Part shown: positions 39,176 through 49,020 of the stretch, piece by piece
Numbering within the stretch: the first letter of the stretch is position 1
Layout of the letters: each line of letters opens with the position of its first letter
DNA from: an uncultured Bacteroidales bacterium
Lineage (GTDB): Bacteria > Bacteroidota > Bacteroidia > Bacteroidales > UBA7960
Length of the DNA stretch: 64,000 nucleotides
Direction of reading: 5' to 3'
Assembly: GCA_964477035.1 (NCBI GenBank)
Contig: CAYZCW010000003.1
Span: forward strand, 189,231 to 253,230
Translations under genes and position numbers: made by a program
The notes under the pieces: model-generated
Database searches by the model: none
What the model was told of the DNA's origin: nothing
Seen by the model: the letters and a program-made list of their open reading frames with translations, nothing else

Positions 39176-40597
39176 TCAGCGCACTTTCTTCACAAGAATT
39201 CTTGGTTCCATCATATCATGCATGGCATACCGGACCCCTTCCCGCCCCAGGCCGCTGTCCTTGATGCCTCCATAGGGCATGTGGTCGGAACGGAAAATCG
39301 GCGCGTCGTTGTGGATCACACCCCCGACCTCAAGCCGTTCGAAGGCCAGTTCCAGCTCATCCACCTCGTTGGTAAAAACCCCCGCCTGCAGCCCGTACCG
39401 GCTGTTGTTCACGGCGTCTATGGCATCCTGGAGTGAATCGTAGGGATGCAGGGTCACCACGGGACCAAACACCTCGTTGTCGACCACCTTCATGCCCGGG
39501 CGGGCATCCAGCAGCACGGAGGGCTCCAGGAAGGCGCCCCTTCTCCTGCCACCGCAAACCAGCCTGGCCCCCTGGGAAACCGCCTCCCCGATCCAGGATT
39601 CGACCCGGCGGGCATTGTCTTCATCGATCATGGCAGAAATGTCCGTATCCGGGTCTGCCGGATGCCCCTGTTTGAGTGAACCCACCCCTTCCAGGAAGGC
39701 ATCCCGGAATGGCCCGAACACCTCGTGGTGGACAAATAAGCGCTGGGCATGGATGCATACCTGTCCCTGGTAGGCGTACCCGCCCACCAGGCAGCGTTTC
39801 ACCGCATGGTCGAGGCGGGCAGAGGGGGCAACGATGGTTCCTGCGTTCCCTCCCAGCTCCAGCACCACCTTCTTCTTCCCGGCATCCTGCTTCATTTTCC
39901 AGCCCACCTCCGGAGAGCCGGTAAAGCTCAACAGGCGGAGGCGCTCATCCGTTACCAAAAGGGAACCCGTTTGCCGGTCCATCGGAAGTACCGACAAGGT
40001 ACCGGGTGGCAGGCTGGTTTCGGCCACGAGACGGGCCAGGGCAAGGGTCGACAAGGGGGTGGACGAAGCGGGCTTCAGCAGGATGGGGCAGGCCGCAGCG
40101 ATGGCCGGGGCAATCTTGTGCACGGCGAGGTTCAGGGGGAAGTTGAACGGGCTGATGCCTGCCACCACCCCGATGGGGAAATGCTTGACCAGGCCTTCCC
40201 GGCCGGTACCTTCCGGACTCCAGTCCATGCGCATGTATTCCATGGGCGGGCGGCGGGCCTCTTCAGAGGCCACCATAAAGGTCTGGGCAGCCCGCCTTAC
40301 CTCGGCAAGTGCGTAGCGCCACGGCTTGGCCGCCTCCCTTGCCAGCAGGGAGGCAAACCACTCCTCCTGCTCCAGCAGTTTGGCGGATAACTGCGACAGG
40401 GCCTTCGCCCGTTCCCATGCCGGCATTTCCCAGAGGCGGGGAAGGGCCTCCATGGCCCGCGTCAGGGAGCGTTCCAGCAACTCCTCCCCTGCCAGCCAGG
40501 TGCGGCCCACCGCTTCGCCGTCATGGGGGTTGGTAACAAGGAGCTCCTTGCCGGAGGAAACGAACTCCCCTCCGGCAAACACGAAGAAAGATTCCAT
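39176..40597 (-). CDS. NAD(P)-dependent aldehyde dehydrogenase
   Basis: ISPFNFPLNL, FTGS, ELGGNA, catalytic GQVCI, EVFGP and MPYGGIKDSG. Confidence 0.93.
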   Translation of the reverse strand: MESFFVFAGGEFVSSGKELLVTNPHDGEAVGRTWLAGEELLERSLTRAMEALPRLWEMPAWERAKALSQLSAKLLEQEEWFASLLAREAAKPWRYALAEVRRAAQTFMVASEEARRPPMEYMRMDWSPEGTGREGLVKHFPIGVVAGISPFNFPLNLAVHKIAPAIAAACPILLKPASSTPLSTLALARLVAETSLPPGTLSVLPMDRQTGSLLVTDERLRLLSFTGSPEVGWKMKQDAGKKKVVLELGGNAGTIVAPSARLDHAVKRCLVGGYAYQGQVCIHAQRLFVHHEVFGPFRDAFLEGVGSLKQGHPADPDTDISAMIDEDNARRVESWIGEAVSQGARLVCGGRRRGAFLEPSVLLDARPGMKVVDNEVFGPVVTLHPYDSLQDAIDAVNNSRYGLQAGVFTNEVDELELAFERLEVGGVIHNDAPIFRSDHMPYGGIKDSGLGREGVRYAMHDMMEPRILVKKVR

Positions 40598-40631
40598 TTG
40601 AAAGCATTTTTAAACAGCCTGCCGGCATGGC

Positions 40632-41312
40632 CTACCACCGGGGAGACCGGTGAAAAGGTGCCGGGCTCGCGAACATGGAATGCGGCCCGCCCATGAAAGG
40701 ACCGTAACCGTAAGGACTATAAGGGTTAAAAGGGTTGTTGCCACGGGACACATTCACCTCTGCCCCGAAGCGGAAGCTGTCGCTGACCCGGTAATCGAAC
40801 CCGAAGACCATTCCCCCCGGATTGGTGTCAAACGCCCGGGCATTCATTTGCACGACCGGAGGCTCCATGTTGTTGCGTCCGGTCCATGCCCCCCCGACAA
40901 GGGTCAGCCGGGGGTTCACCTGGTAGGCCCCGCGGACATACACGGTGGTGCCCAGAAAGTGGCCATGGTCCTGCAGGGAAGCAGCTTCACCGCCGGCCAT
41001 GTGGGGAGTGTAAGGGAAAAAGGGGTTGGGGCCATTCATAGAGGCGGTGGAAAAGATGGTTCCTGCCGTGAGGCTGAACCGCCGGCCAACATCCCAATTG
41101 AAGGCCGGGGCCAAAGAGTGCGAAAACACAGGCCCGTAAACCCCTCCCGGCTGGAAGGCGGTTCCGTATTGCAGGTTCAACTGCGGGGCATGCCAGTAAA
41201 CCGGCTGCCGCCCGGTCAGTCCCCGGTCTGCAGTCTCCTGCCCGCTCAGCGGGTTTGCCGTGACCAGCAACACGGTCAGAAAGGCACTTATGATGGCTAT
41301 CCTAGGGTTCAT
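40632..41312 (-). CDS. Exported hypothetical protein, possibly outer-membrane beta-strand type
   Basis: Signal peptide from ATG 41312 and alternating hydrophobic strands (GMVFGFDYRV, FRFGAEVNVS). Confidence 0.6.
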   Translation of the reverse strand: MNPRIAIISAFLTVLLVTANPLSGQETADRGLTGRQPVYWHAPQLNLQYGTAFQPGGVYGPVFSHSLAPAFNWDVGRRFSLTAGTIFSTASMNGPNPFFPYTPHMAGGEAASLQDHGHFLGTTVYVRGAYQVNPRLTLVGGAWTGRNNMEPPVVQMNARAFDTNPGGMVFGFDYRVSDSFRFGAEVNVSRGNNPFNPYSPYGYGPFMGGPHSMFASPAPFHRSPRW

Positions 41313-41523
41313 GGTCGACCAATTTGATGTCCGGATCACCTCCCTCTCGCCCGCGCCAGGCGGAACACCGGGCAAGGGCTGTCCGACGAACAAATATAAG
41401 AAAAAATCGACAGCCGGTCAAGCCGGCCGGAAAAGGACGGGACCGCCAACCTGCAGGGGGGAATAAAAATTTCACTAACTTGTGGTGCAGTAAAAAATCA
41501 TTTACCAATCAATTCCTGAAGCG

Positions 41524-41727
41524 ATGAAAAAAAACGTGGGCGCCCTCGACAAGGGCATGCGGGTGCTGGTGGCCCTGGTGGTCGCCATCCTGATCTATGC
41601 GGACGTGCTCACCGGCACCCTGGCGCTGGTGCTGGGCATCGTGTCCCTGGTGCTGGTGGTGACCAGCCTGGTGAACTTCTGTCCCCTCTACGCCCTGTTT
41701 GGCATCAACACCTGCCGCAAACAATAG
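41524..41727 (+). CDS. DUF2892 / YgaP-like small membrane protein
   Basis: MKKNVG..D...R, two TM helices and FCPLYALFGINTC. Confidence 0.88.
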   Translation: MKKNVGALDKGMRVLVALVVAILIYADVLTGTLALVLGIVSLVLVVTSLVNFCPLYALFGINTCRKQ

Positions 41728-41775
41728 GGCCTGCCGCGCCGGCCCGCCATGCGGCAGATTAAACCGCCTAACCTT

Positions 41776-42552
41776 ATGGCTTTATTCAAAAAGAAATTCG
41801 GTACCGGGCTGGTCTTGAGCGGGGGAGGCACCAGGGGCTTTGCCCACCTGGGGGTCTGCAAGGCCCTGAAAGAGGCCGGGGTGGAACCCGACATCATTGC
41901 GGGCGTCAGTGCCGGAAGCATTGCCGGGTCGCTGATCGCCGACGGAAAGGATCCTGAGGAGGCCCTGCATCTGCTCGCCGGCCACCGGCTTCTCGACTAC
42001 CTGGAGTTCACCATCCCCAAAAAAGGCCTGGTGAGCATGGGGGGCTTCGAAAAGACCCTGAAAACCTGTCTCACGGCACGCCGGTTCGAGGATCTTCGGA
42101 TCCCTCTGCTGGTATTCGCGGTGAACATGAACAAGGCGGAACTGACCCTCTTCGACAAGGGCGAGCTGATTCCCGCCATCAAGGCCTCATCCTCCATTCC
42201 GGTGGTATTCCAGCCTGTCAGGATCGGAGACCAGGATTACCTGGACGGCGGCATCATCGATAATTTCCCGACCCAGTCCCTCAAGGGGAAGTGCAAGACC
42301 CTGATCGGGGTCAACGTCAACCCCATAGGCCCTGTGGACAAGCTGGGCAATCTGAAGAATATCGCCGAAAGGACCTTCCACATTTCCGTCCGGTTCCAGG
42401 CCACCAACAAGGAGGATGACTGCGACATCTACATTGAACCGGCCGGCCTGGACCGCTACGGGCTGCTGGATGTGTCCCGGGCTGCCGAAATATTCGAACT
42501 GGGCTACATAGAAACCCGGGAGGTGTTGAAAAAATCCGGTTTTGGAGGCTGA
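41776..42552 (+). CDS. Patatin-like phospholipase
   Basis: GGGTRG, GVSAG nucleophile and DGG motifs. Confidence 0.9.
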   Translation: MALFKKKFGTGLVLSGGGTRGFAHLGVCKALKEAGVEPDIIAGVSAGSIAGSLIADGKDPEEALHLLAGHRLLDYLEFTIPKKGLVSMGGFEKTLKTCLTARRFEDLRIPLLVFAVNMNKAELTLFDKGELIPAIKASSSIPVVFQPVRIGDQDYLDGGIIDNFPTQSLKGKCKTLIGVNVNPIGPVDKLGNLKNIAERTFHISVRFQATNKEDDCDIYIEPAGLDRYGLLDVSRAAEIFELGYIETREVLKKSGFGG

Positions 42553-42648
42553 GCTCCGGGGCGGTACGGATTGGTAAGGTGTTGCCGGCTTTTGCCGGAG
42601 GATTCCTCATTTGGCCTGCAAGCCCTGGATGTTTTGGCGCCGTTTTTT

Positions 42649-42656
42649 TATCTTTG
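42649..42656 (+). promoter_or_regulatory. -7 promoter element for cysS
   Basis: TATCTTTG, about 33 nt before the ATG. Confidence 0.6.
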
Positions 42657-42689
42657 CAGCGCTGCCTCCCACCAGACCAGGTAAATCAC

Positions 42690-44183
42690 ATGAAAACTCC
42701 TTCCGATACCCCGCTTTATGTTTACAACACCCTGAGCCGCCGTAAGGAGGTGTTTGAGCCACTGACCCCGCCCTTTGTGGGCATGTATGTCTGCGGTCCG
42801 ACGGTCTACGGGGACGCCCACCTGGGCCATGCACGCCCGGCAGTCACCTTCGACATGGTCTTCCGCTACCTGAGGCATTTGGGTTACAAGGTCCGCTATG
42901 TGCGTAACATCACGGACGTGGGTCACCTGGAGAACGACGCCAGCGAAGGGGAGGACAAGATCCAGAAGAAGGCCAGGCTGGAGCAGCTGGAGCCCATGGA
43001 GGTGGTCCAGTTTTACACCGACCGCTACCATGAGGACATGGCCAGCCTCAATGTTCTCAAACCCAGCATCGAACCCCGGGCCTCGGGACACATCACCGAA
43101 CAGATCGAGATGGTCCGGGCCATCCTGAAGTCGGGCTATGCCTATGAAACGGATGGCTCGGTTTATTTTGACGTGGCAGGGTACCACCGCAACCACCACT
43201 ACGGCAAGCTCAGTGGCCGGCAGATCGAAGACCTCATGGCCAGCACCCGCGAGCTGGAGGGACAGGAACAGAAACGCAATCCGGTGGATTTCGCCCTGTG
43301 GAAAAAGGCCGGCCCGGAGCACATCATGCAGTGGCCGTCCCCCTGGGGAAACGGTTTCCCGGGCTGGCACCTGGAATGTTCGGCCATGAGTACCAAATAC
43401 CTGGGCGAGGTGTTCGACATCCACGGGGGAGGGCTCGACCTGCTGTTTCCCCACCACGAATGCGAGATCGCCCAGTCGAACGCCGCCACCGGGAAAGAGG
43501 CTGTCCGTTACTGGCTGCACAACAACATGATCACCATCAACGGCAAAAAAATGGGGCGGTCCCTGGGCAACTTCATCAACCTTCGGGAGTTTTTCGCCGG
43601 CAGCCATAAGGCCCTGGACAAGGCCTATTCCCCCATGAACCTCAGGTTTTTCATCCTGCAGGCCCATTACCGCAGCACGCTGGACTTCAGCAACGAGGCG
43701 CTGCAGGCAGCCGAGCGTGGCCTCAGGCGGCTGCTGCAGGCCCACGACACACTGCAACGGCTCCGGCCCGCCGAAGTGTCGACTGCCGACATTTCAGGCA
43801 TCGGACCGGCCTGCTACGAGGCCATGAACGATGATTTCAACAGCCCGGTAGCCATCGCCCAGCTTTTCGAAGCCGTGCGCTTCATCAATTCCGTGGCCGA
43901 CGGCAAGGACCGGCTGAACAAGGCAGACCTGGATTCACTCAGGGATACCTTCAGGGTATTCCTGGTGGATGTGTTTGGCTTGCTTCCAGAGTCCGGTCCC
44001 GAATCCCTTCAGAGCCAGGAAAAAATCATCGAGGGACTCGTGCAGGTGGTCCTCGGCATCCGGCAACAGGCCCGAGCCGGCAAGGACTGGGAAACTTCCG
44101 ACCGCTTGCGTGATGCCCTGAAGGAACTTCACATCATCATCAAGGACGGCAAGGAGGGCACCAGCTGGTCCTTCGGGGAATGA
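42690..44183 (+). CDS. cysS: Cysteine--tRNA ligase
   Basis: [38 protein letters not shown] and KMGRS. Confidence 0.97.
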   Translation: MKTPSDTPLYVYNTLSRRKEVFEPLTPPFVGMYVCGPTVYGDAHLGHARPAVTFDMVFRYLRHLGYKVRYVRNITDVGHLENDASEGEDKIQKKARLEQLEPMEVVQFYTDRYHEDMASLNVLKPSIEPRASGHITEQIEMVRAILKSGYAYETDGSVYFDVAGYHRNHHYGKLSGRQIEDLMASTRELEGQEQKRNPVDFALWKKAGPEHIMQWPSPWGNGFPGWHLECSAMSTKYLGEVFDIHGGGLDLLFPHHECEIAQSNAATGKEAVRYWLHNNMITINGKKMGRSLGNFINLREFFAGSHKALDKAYSPMNLRFFILQAHYRSTLDFSNEALQAAERGLRRLLQAHDTLQRLRPAEVSTADISGIGPACYEAMNDDFNSPVAIAQLFEAVRFINSVADGKDRLNKADLDSLRDTFRVFLVDVFGLLPESGPESLQSQEKIIEGLVQVVLGIRQQARAGKDWETSDRLRDALKELHIIIKDGKEGTSWSFGE

Positions 44184-47100
44184 CCCCCCGGCAAATACAT
44201 CCCGTCATGACGACCCATACTCCAGGAATGCACCCCCCCCGGTGGGAACTCCATGTGTCCCGCAGCGCGCGTGAACGGTACCATTTCGGGGAAGAACTGT
44301 TTTCAAACGACGGACATTTGGTGTGCAGCGACTTTCATGCCGCAAGAGAGCTGGCCTACCGGATCAACCGGGAGCGCCCCCCCGTTGCGCAGGTAGCTCC
44401 CGGGACACTGTTTGCCGCCGGCCTGATGGACGAGGCTTTTCATCTGGTCATCAGGGCCTGGGAAACACACCATGGCATCCGCCCCTTCGAATTGGCCCTT
44501 CCCCGTCTGGAAGCGCGGTTGGGAAAGCAAGGGCTGCATCAACTCCTCCTCGATTTCATTCAGTGCTTCCCCCCGACTCCGGTCTTTCGGGGAGAGCTGG
44601 CAGCGAAACAGTACCTTGGCCGCCGGTCGGGAGAACGCACCCACAGGGCCCTGGCAGCCGAAGAAGCCCTCATGCTGGAATTGTCCGACTTCAACCCTGC
44701 CAATGAAAGGCTCAGGGAATTGTTCGACCGGCGTTGCCTGCCGGACGGGGCCCTCTTCGGGCGGCTGATGGACGAACTGGAGGCATTTTTCCGGGAACAG
44801 CCCGGCATGGGACCGGACAATGTGGACGTGATCCGCTTCCTGAAAACCCCGGTCCTGCTGTTTCCGGACGACATCGGGGCGCAACTCCGGCACGTCCTTG
44901 AGCACTGGAAGGAATACCTGCCCGAATCCATGCGCACCCTGTTGTTGCGGGGCACGGACCTGATCCGGGAGGATGCCCGCCGGGGTGGTGGCGGACCCGG
45001 TCCGGCCCTGGTGCCGCAATACGGGCCAACGGGTGGCAGGACGAGGGAAGGGCATGGGGGACAAGCAGGTTCAGACACCGGTCCCGCAGGCGACGAGGAA
45101 TACGAACACTTCACCCCCGACACCCACTGGATGCCCCGCGTGGTCATGATGGCCAGGAACACCTATGTATGGCTTGACCAGCTTTCAAAGAAATATGAAC
45201 GGCCCATCAGGAGGCTGAACGAGATCCCCTCCCAGGAGCTGGACACCCTGGCGGCAAGTGGGTTCAATGGTCTTTGGCTGATCGGGATCTGGGAAAGAAG
45301 CAGCGCCTCCCGCCGCATAAAGCACCTGACGGGAAATCCCGACGCCGCATCTTCCGCCTACTCCCTGTACGATTATGAGATTGCCAGGGACCTGGGAGGG
45401 GAAGAGGCATTCCGTGACCTGGACCACCGCAGCCGGGAGCGGGGCATCCGCCTTGCCAGCGACATGGTGCCGAACCATACAGGCCTGTATTCGCGCTGGA
45501 TGGTGGAACACCCTGAGTATTTCATCCAGACCCGGGTGCCTCCCTTTCCCGCCTATCGCTTCACGGGGGAAAACCTTTCGGACCACCCGGACATAGACAT
45601 CCGGATCGAAGATGGTTATTACAACCGGTCGGATGCCGCGGTGGTGTTCCGGCGCCATGACCTGCGCCTGGATGACATCCGGTATATTTATCACGGGAAT
45701 GACGGCACCCACATGCCCTGGAACGACACCGCCCAGCTGGACATGCTCCGGCAGGAGGTACGGCAGGCCGTCATCGGAAAGATCATGGAGGTGGCAGGCC
45801 GCTTCTCCATCATCCGGTTCGATGCGGCCATGACCCTGGCCAAAAAACATTTTGCCCGGCTGTGGTATCCCCGGCCCGGCAGCGGCGGGGACATTCCCTC
45901 ACGCGCAGACCATGCCATGAGCCGGGAGGCATTCGACCAGTGGTTCCCAAAAGAGTTCTGGAGGGAGGTCGTCGACCGCATCAACCAGGAGATGCCTGAC
46001 ACCCTCCTGCTGGCGGAGGCCTTCTGGCTGATGGAAGGTTTTTTTGTCCGGACCCTCGGCATGCACAGGGTGTACAACTCGGCCTTCATGCATATGCTAC
46101 GGGACGAGGAAAATGGAAAATACCGCGAGCTGATCACCAACACCCTGGAGTTCGAACCGGAAATCCTCAAACGGTACGTGAACTTCATGAGCAACCCGGA
46201 CGAGGAAACGGCCATCCGGCAGTTCGGCACCGGAGACAAGTATTTCGGGGTCTGCACCCTGATGGCGACCCTGCCCGGGCTGCCCATGTTTGCCCACGGG
46301 CAGCTGGAGGGCTACACCGAAAAATACGGGATGGAATACCAACGGGCTTATTACAACGAAAGCCCCGACAGCGGGTTGATGGAACGGCATCAGAGGGACA
46401 TTTTTCCCTTGCTCCGGCGCCGCCACCTGTTCAGCGACGTGGCCCATTTCTGGCTGTTCGATTATGTGACGGCCCAGGGAACCGTCAATGAGAACGTGTT
46501 CGCCTATACGAACCGCTCGGGAAGCGAGTCCGCCCTGGTCCTTTTCAACAACCGCTATGAGACCGCCGGCGGGCGGATCCACCATGCCAGGCCCAAGCGG
46601 ACAAAACAGGATGACGACGGGCCGGCCACAAGCCTTTCCCTGGGGGAGGCATTGGATTTGCAGGCGGGACAGGGCCATTATTATTCCTGCCGGGAACAGG
46701 TATCCGGACTGGAGTTCCTGCGCCGGGGGGAAGACATCTGCCGACAGGGGTTTCACTGGGACCTGCAGGGGTTTGAATACCGGGTATTTCTTGATTTCAA
46801 GAGGATGGAAGAAGACCCGGGGCTCCTGGAAGAGCTCTGCCGGAGCCTGGAAGGGCACGGCACCGGCTCGCTTTCCAGGGAGCTGGACCGGCTTCGTTAC
46901 CGGGAGGTGTTCGATGCCTTCCTGGCCCTGTTCCATGCCACTGAACCATCCCGGAATGAGTTAGCCGGCCTCAGGGAACGGATGAAGGCGTTCGCCCTGA
47001 AGGCCACTGTGGCACTGGCTCCGGACACCAGGGCAGAGGAAGCCGCAGTCCATTTTGAGGACTACCTGCTGGCCTGCCTGGAAGCCAAGGCGTGGTTCCG

Positions 47101-47773
47101 GGCCCACGTCCCGGGATCACCCCCGGAGGTTCCTTCATCCGGCAGCGAATCTCCGGCCGGGGATGGATCCTGGCATGCTCCGGAGCCCATCCGCGGTCCC
47201 GAAGACCATCTGATCCTGCGGGCATGGATGGCCCTTCGCTCCCTGCATCAGCCCCCGGCACAATCGCCCTCCCCGGCATCCAGGCAGGCGGCCCGGCGGC
47301 TGAAATGGCCACTGCAGCAAGTGCTGGAGCAGACAGGCAAGGGACAACAACTGGCTGCACGGCAGGCATTGCTGATCCAGCTCCTTGTCCATTACGGGGG
47401 CATGGCCCCGGACGCCCCGCTCATCCTGACCCTGCTCGAAGACCCCGATGCCAGGGTGCTGTGCGGGGTAAACCAGTACAAGGGGGTCTGGTATTTCAGC
47501 AAGGAAGGTTTCGGGGAACTGGCACGCTGGTTGTTCACCCTGCATGCCTTCAGCCATTTCGCCAGGCAGGCGGAATCCGGCCCGTCAACAACCCACGGCC
47601 CACCGCCCTCCGGCGAAAAACAAGGCCAGGCAGGCGGACAGGACCTTCTCAAAGAGAAGATCGGCGAGGCCAGCAGCAGCCTGGAACGGCTGCTGGAGCT
47701 GTCCGGACAGTCGGAATACAGGCTGGACCGCTTCCGGAAGGCCCTCGGGGATTTACGGCCATCTTATTCCTGA
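44180..47773 (+). CDS. Very large GH13 alpha-amylase-family protein
   Basis: DMVPNH, RFDAAM (nucleophile), AEAFW (acid/base) and NPDE; long N- and C-terminal helical extensions; start overlaps the cysS stop (ATGA). Confidence 0.85.
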   Translation: MTPRQIHPVMTTHTPGMHPPRWELHVSRSARERYHFGEELFSNDGHLVCSDFHAARELAYRINRERPPVAQVAPGTLFAAGLMDEAFHLVIRAWETHHGIRPFELALPRLEARLGKQGLHQLLLDFIQCFPPTPVFRGELAAKQYLGRRSGERTHRALAAEEALMLELSDFNPANERLRELFDRRCLPDGALFGRLMDELEAFFREQPGMGPDNVDVIRFLKTPVLLFPDDIGAQLRHVLEHWKEYLPESMRTLLLRGTDLIREDARRGGGGPGPALVPQYGPTGGRTREGHGGQAGSDTGPAGDEEYEHFTPDTHWMPRVVMMARNTYVWLDQLSKKYERPIRRLNEIPSQELDTLAASGFNGLWLIGIWERSSASRRIKHLTGNPDAASSAYSLYDYEIARDLGGEEAFRDLDHRSRERGIRLASDMVPNHTGLYSRWMVEHPEYFIQTRVPPFPAYRFTGENLSDHPDIDIRIEDGYYNRSDAAVVFRRHDLRLDDIRYIYHGNDGTHMPWNDTAQLDMLRQEVRQAVIGKIMEVAGRFSIIRFDAAMTLAKKHFARLWYPRPGSGGDIPSRADHAMSREAFDQWFPKEFWREVVDRINQEMPDTLLLAEAFWLMEGFFVRTLGMHRVYNSAFMHMLRDEENGKYRELITNTLEFEPEILKRYVNFMSNPDEETAIRQFGTGDKYFGVCTLMATLPGLPMFAHGQLEGYTEKYGMEYQRAYYNESPDSGLMERHQRDIFPLLRRRHLFSDVAHFWLFDYVTAQGTVNENVFAYTNRSGSESALVLFNNRYETAGGRIHHARPKRTKQDDDGPATSLSLGEALDLQAGQGHYYSCREQVSGLEFLRRGEDICRQGFHWDLQGFEYRVFLDFKRMEEDPGLLEELCRSLEGHGTGSLSRELDRLRYREVFDAFLALFHATEPSRNELAGLRERMKAFALKATVALAPDTRAEEAAVHFEDYLLACLEAKAWFRAHVPGSPPEVPSSGSESPAGDGSWHAPEPIRGPEDHLILRAWMALRSLHQPPAQSPSPASRQAARRLKWPLQQVLEQTGKGQQLAARQALLIQLLVHYGGMAPDAPLILTLLEDPDARVLCGVNQYKGVWYFSKEGFGELARWLFTLHAFSHFARQAESGPSTTHGPPPSGEKQGQAGGQDLLKEKIGEASSSLERLLELSGQSEYRLDRFRKALGDLRPSYS

Positions 47774-47863
47774 TTTCATGTACATAGGTCGTTGTGGTCG
47801 TTACTTTTTTCGCGAAAGTTTCCGGGATTTCGTACCTTGCAGGCTGCACGCATTTCATTCCCC

Positions 47864-48520
47864 ATGCATCCGCCCATCACCCAGGAGGTAACAAACGAAT
47901 TCATGCAATCCCTGCTTTCGGGTGATCGCCGGGAGGGGGCACGCATCATTCAGGACCTGTTGTTTTCGGGTGTCCCGGTCCAGAGAGCCTATGAAGAAGT
48001 GATCAAAAAAGCCCTTTACCATGTCGGGGAATTGTGGGAGCACAACCAGATCACGGTCGCCGAGGAACACCTGGCCACCTCCGTTTCGGAAGCCATCATG
48101 AATGAATTGTTCCCCGCGCTGGTATCCCGTGCCCGGACCAACAGGAAGGTGCTGCTTGGCTGCGTGGAGAACGAATTGCACCAGGTGGGGGTGAAAATGG
48201 TGGCCGATGTGTTTGAAATGAAGGGATGGGACACATTCTTCCTGGGAACCGGCATCCCGGTCCACGAAATGATCCGGTATGCAAAATCCCTCCGGCCCGA
48301 TCTGTTCGCCCTGTCGATTAGCATTTACTTTCATCTGCCCGTGCTGGAAGCCATGATTGGCCAAATCCGGCAAGAATTTCCCGAAACCAACATCCTGGTG
48401 GGCGGGCAGGGCTTCCGGCACGGAGGACGGGAGGTCCTGCAAAACCTGCCCGGGGTCCTGCTTATTGACGACCTCTATTCCCTGGAGCAATATATTGACG
48501 GGCTGGCTGAAACAGGCTGA
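47864..48520 (+). CDS. Stand-alone cobalamin-binding protein with CarH-type motifs and no DNA-binding domain
   Basis: W-x9-EH (WEHNQITVAEEH), E-x-H-x2-G-x41-S-x-S-x26-GG; four-helix cap plus Rossmann domain only. Confidence 0.9.
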   Translation: MHPPITQEVTNEFMQSLLSGDRREGARIIQDLLFSGVPVQRAYEEVIKKALYHVGELWEHNQITVAEEHLATSVSEAIMNELFPALVSRARTNRKVLLGCVENELHQVGVKMVADVFEMKGWDTFFLGTGIPVHEMIRYAKSLRPDLFALSISIYFHLPVLEAMIGQIRQEFPETNILVGGQGFRHGGREVLQNLPGVLLIDDLYSLEQYIDGLAETG

Positions 48521-48546
48521 GCCCTTTGCCCGCAAACTTTAAATCT

Positions 48547-49020
48547 ATGGATAAAAAAACACTGATTGAATCCGCCACCCGGCTGGGGCCGTTTTCCCCC
48601 ACCACGGCAACTGGCTATGCGGACAAAAGCGACCGGCTGATCGCCCGCATCAATGAGGCCCTGCTGTCGCGTGCCGATACAAAATCCATCGTCGGGGACA
48701 TCAACCTGGCCATGATGAAGGACAACCATGCCAACCACGTGCGTTTCATCGCCTCCATCCTGAAGCATTTCGATGCAGAGGTGCTGACCGAAACCGTTTT
48801 ATGGGTTTTCAGGGCCTACCGCAACCGGGGATTTGCTTCCACCTACTGGGCCGCCCAGCTCAGCGCCTGGTTCCCCATCCTGCGGGAGGAGCTGCCCCGG
48901 GAAATTTATGAGGAAGTACGCCCCCTGTACGAATGGATGCAGGTAAACATCCCCCTGTTTGAGAAACTGTCTCACGAACAATCAGAGAACGGAGAATCCC
49001 CATACCAAAACGGTCACTAA
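48547..49020 (+). CDS. 157-aa all-helical globin/phycobiliprotein-like protein
   Basis: Amphipathic helix pattern; by-eye alignment to recalled allophycocyanin helices E-H; no Cys; stop overlaps the next ATG (TAATG). Confidence 0.7.
   Translation: MDKKTLIESATRLGPFSPTTATGYADKSDRLIARINEALLSRADTKSIVGDINLAMMKDNHANHVRFIASILKHFDAEVLTETVLWVFRAYRNRGFASTYWAAQLSAWFPILREELPREIYEEVRPLYEWMQVNIPLFEKLSHEQSENGESPYQNGH

Noticed and set aside
47864-48520. Methionine synthase or methyltransferase corrinoid protein call
   Set aside because: It has ExH rather than DxH, carries the W-x9-EH cap motif, and has no methyltransferase or activating-enzyme neighbours.
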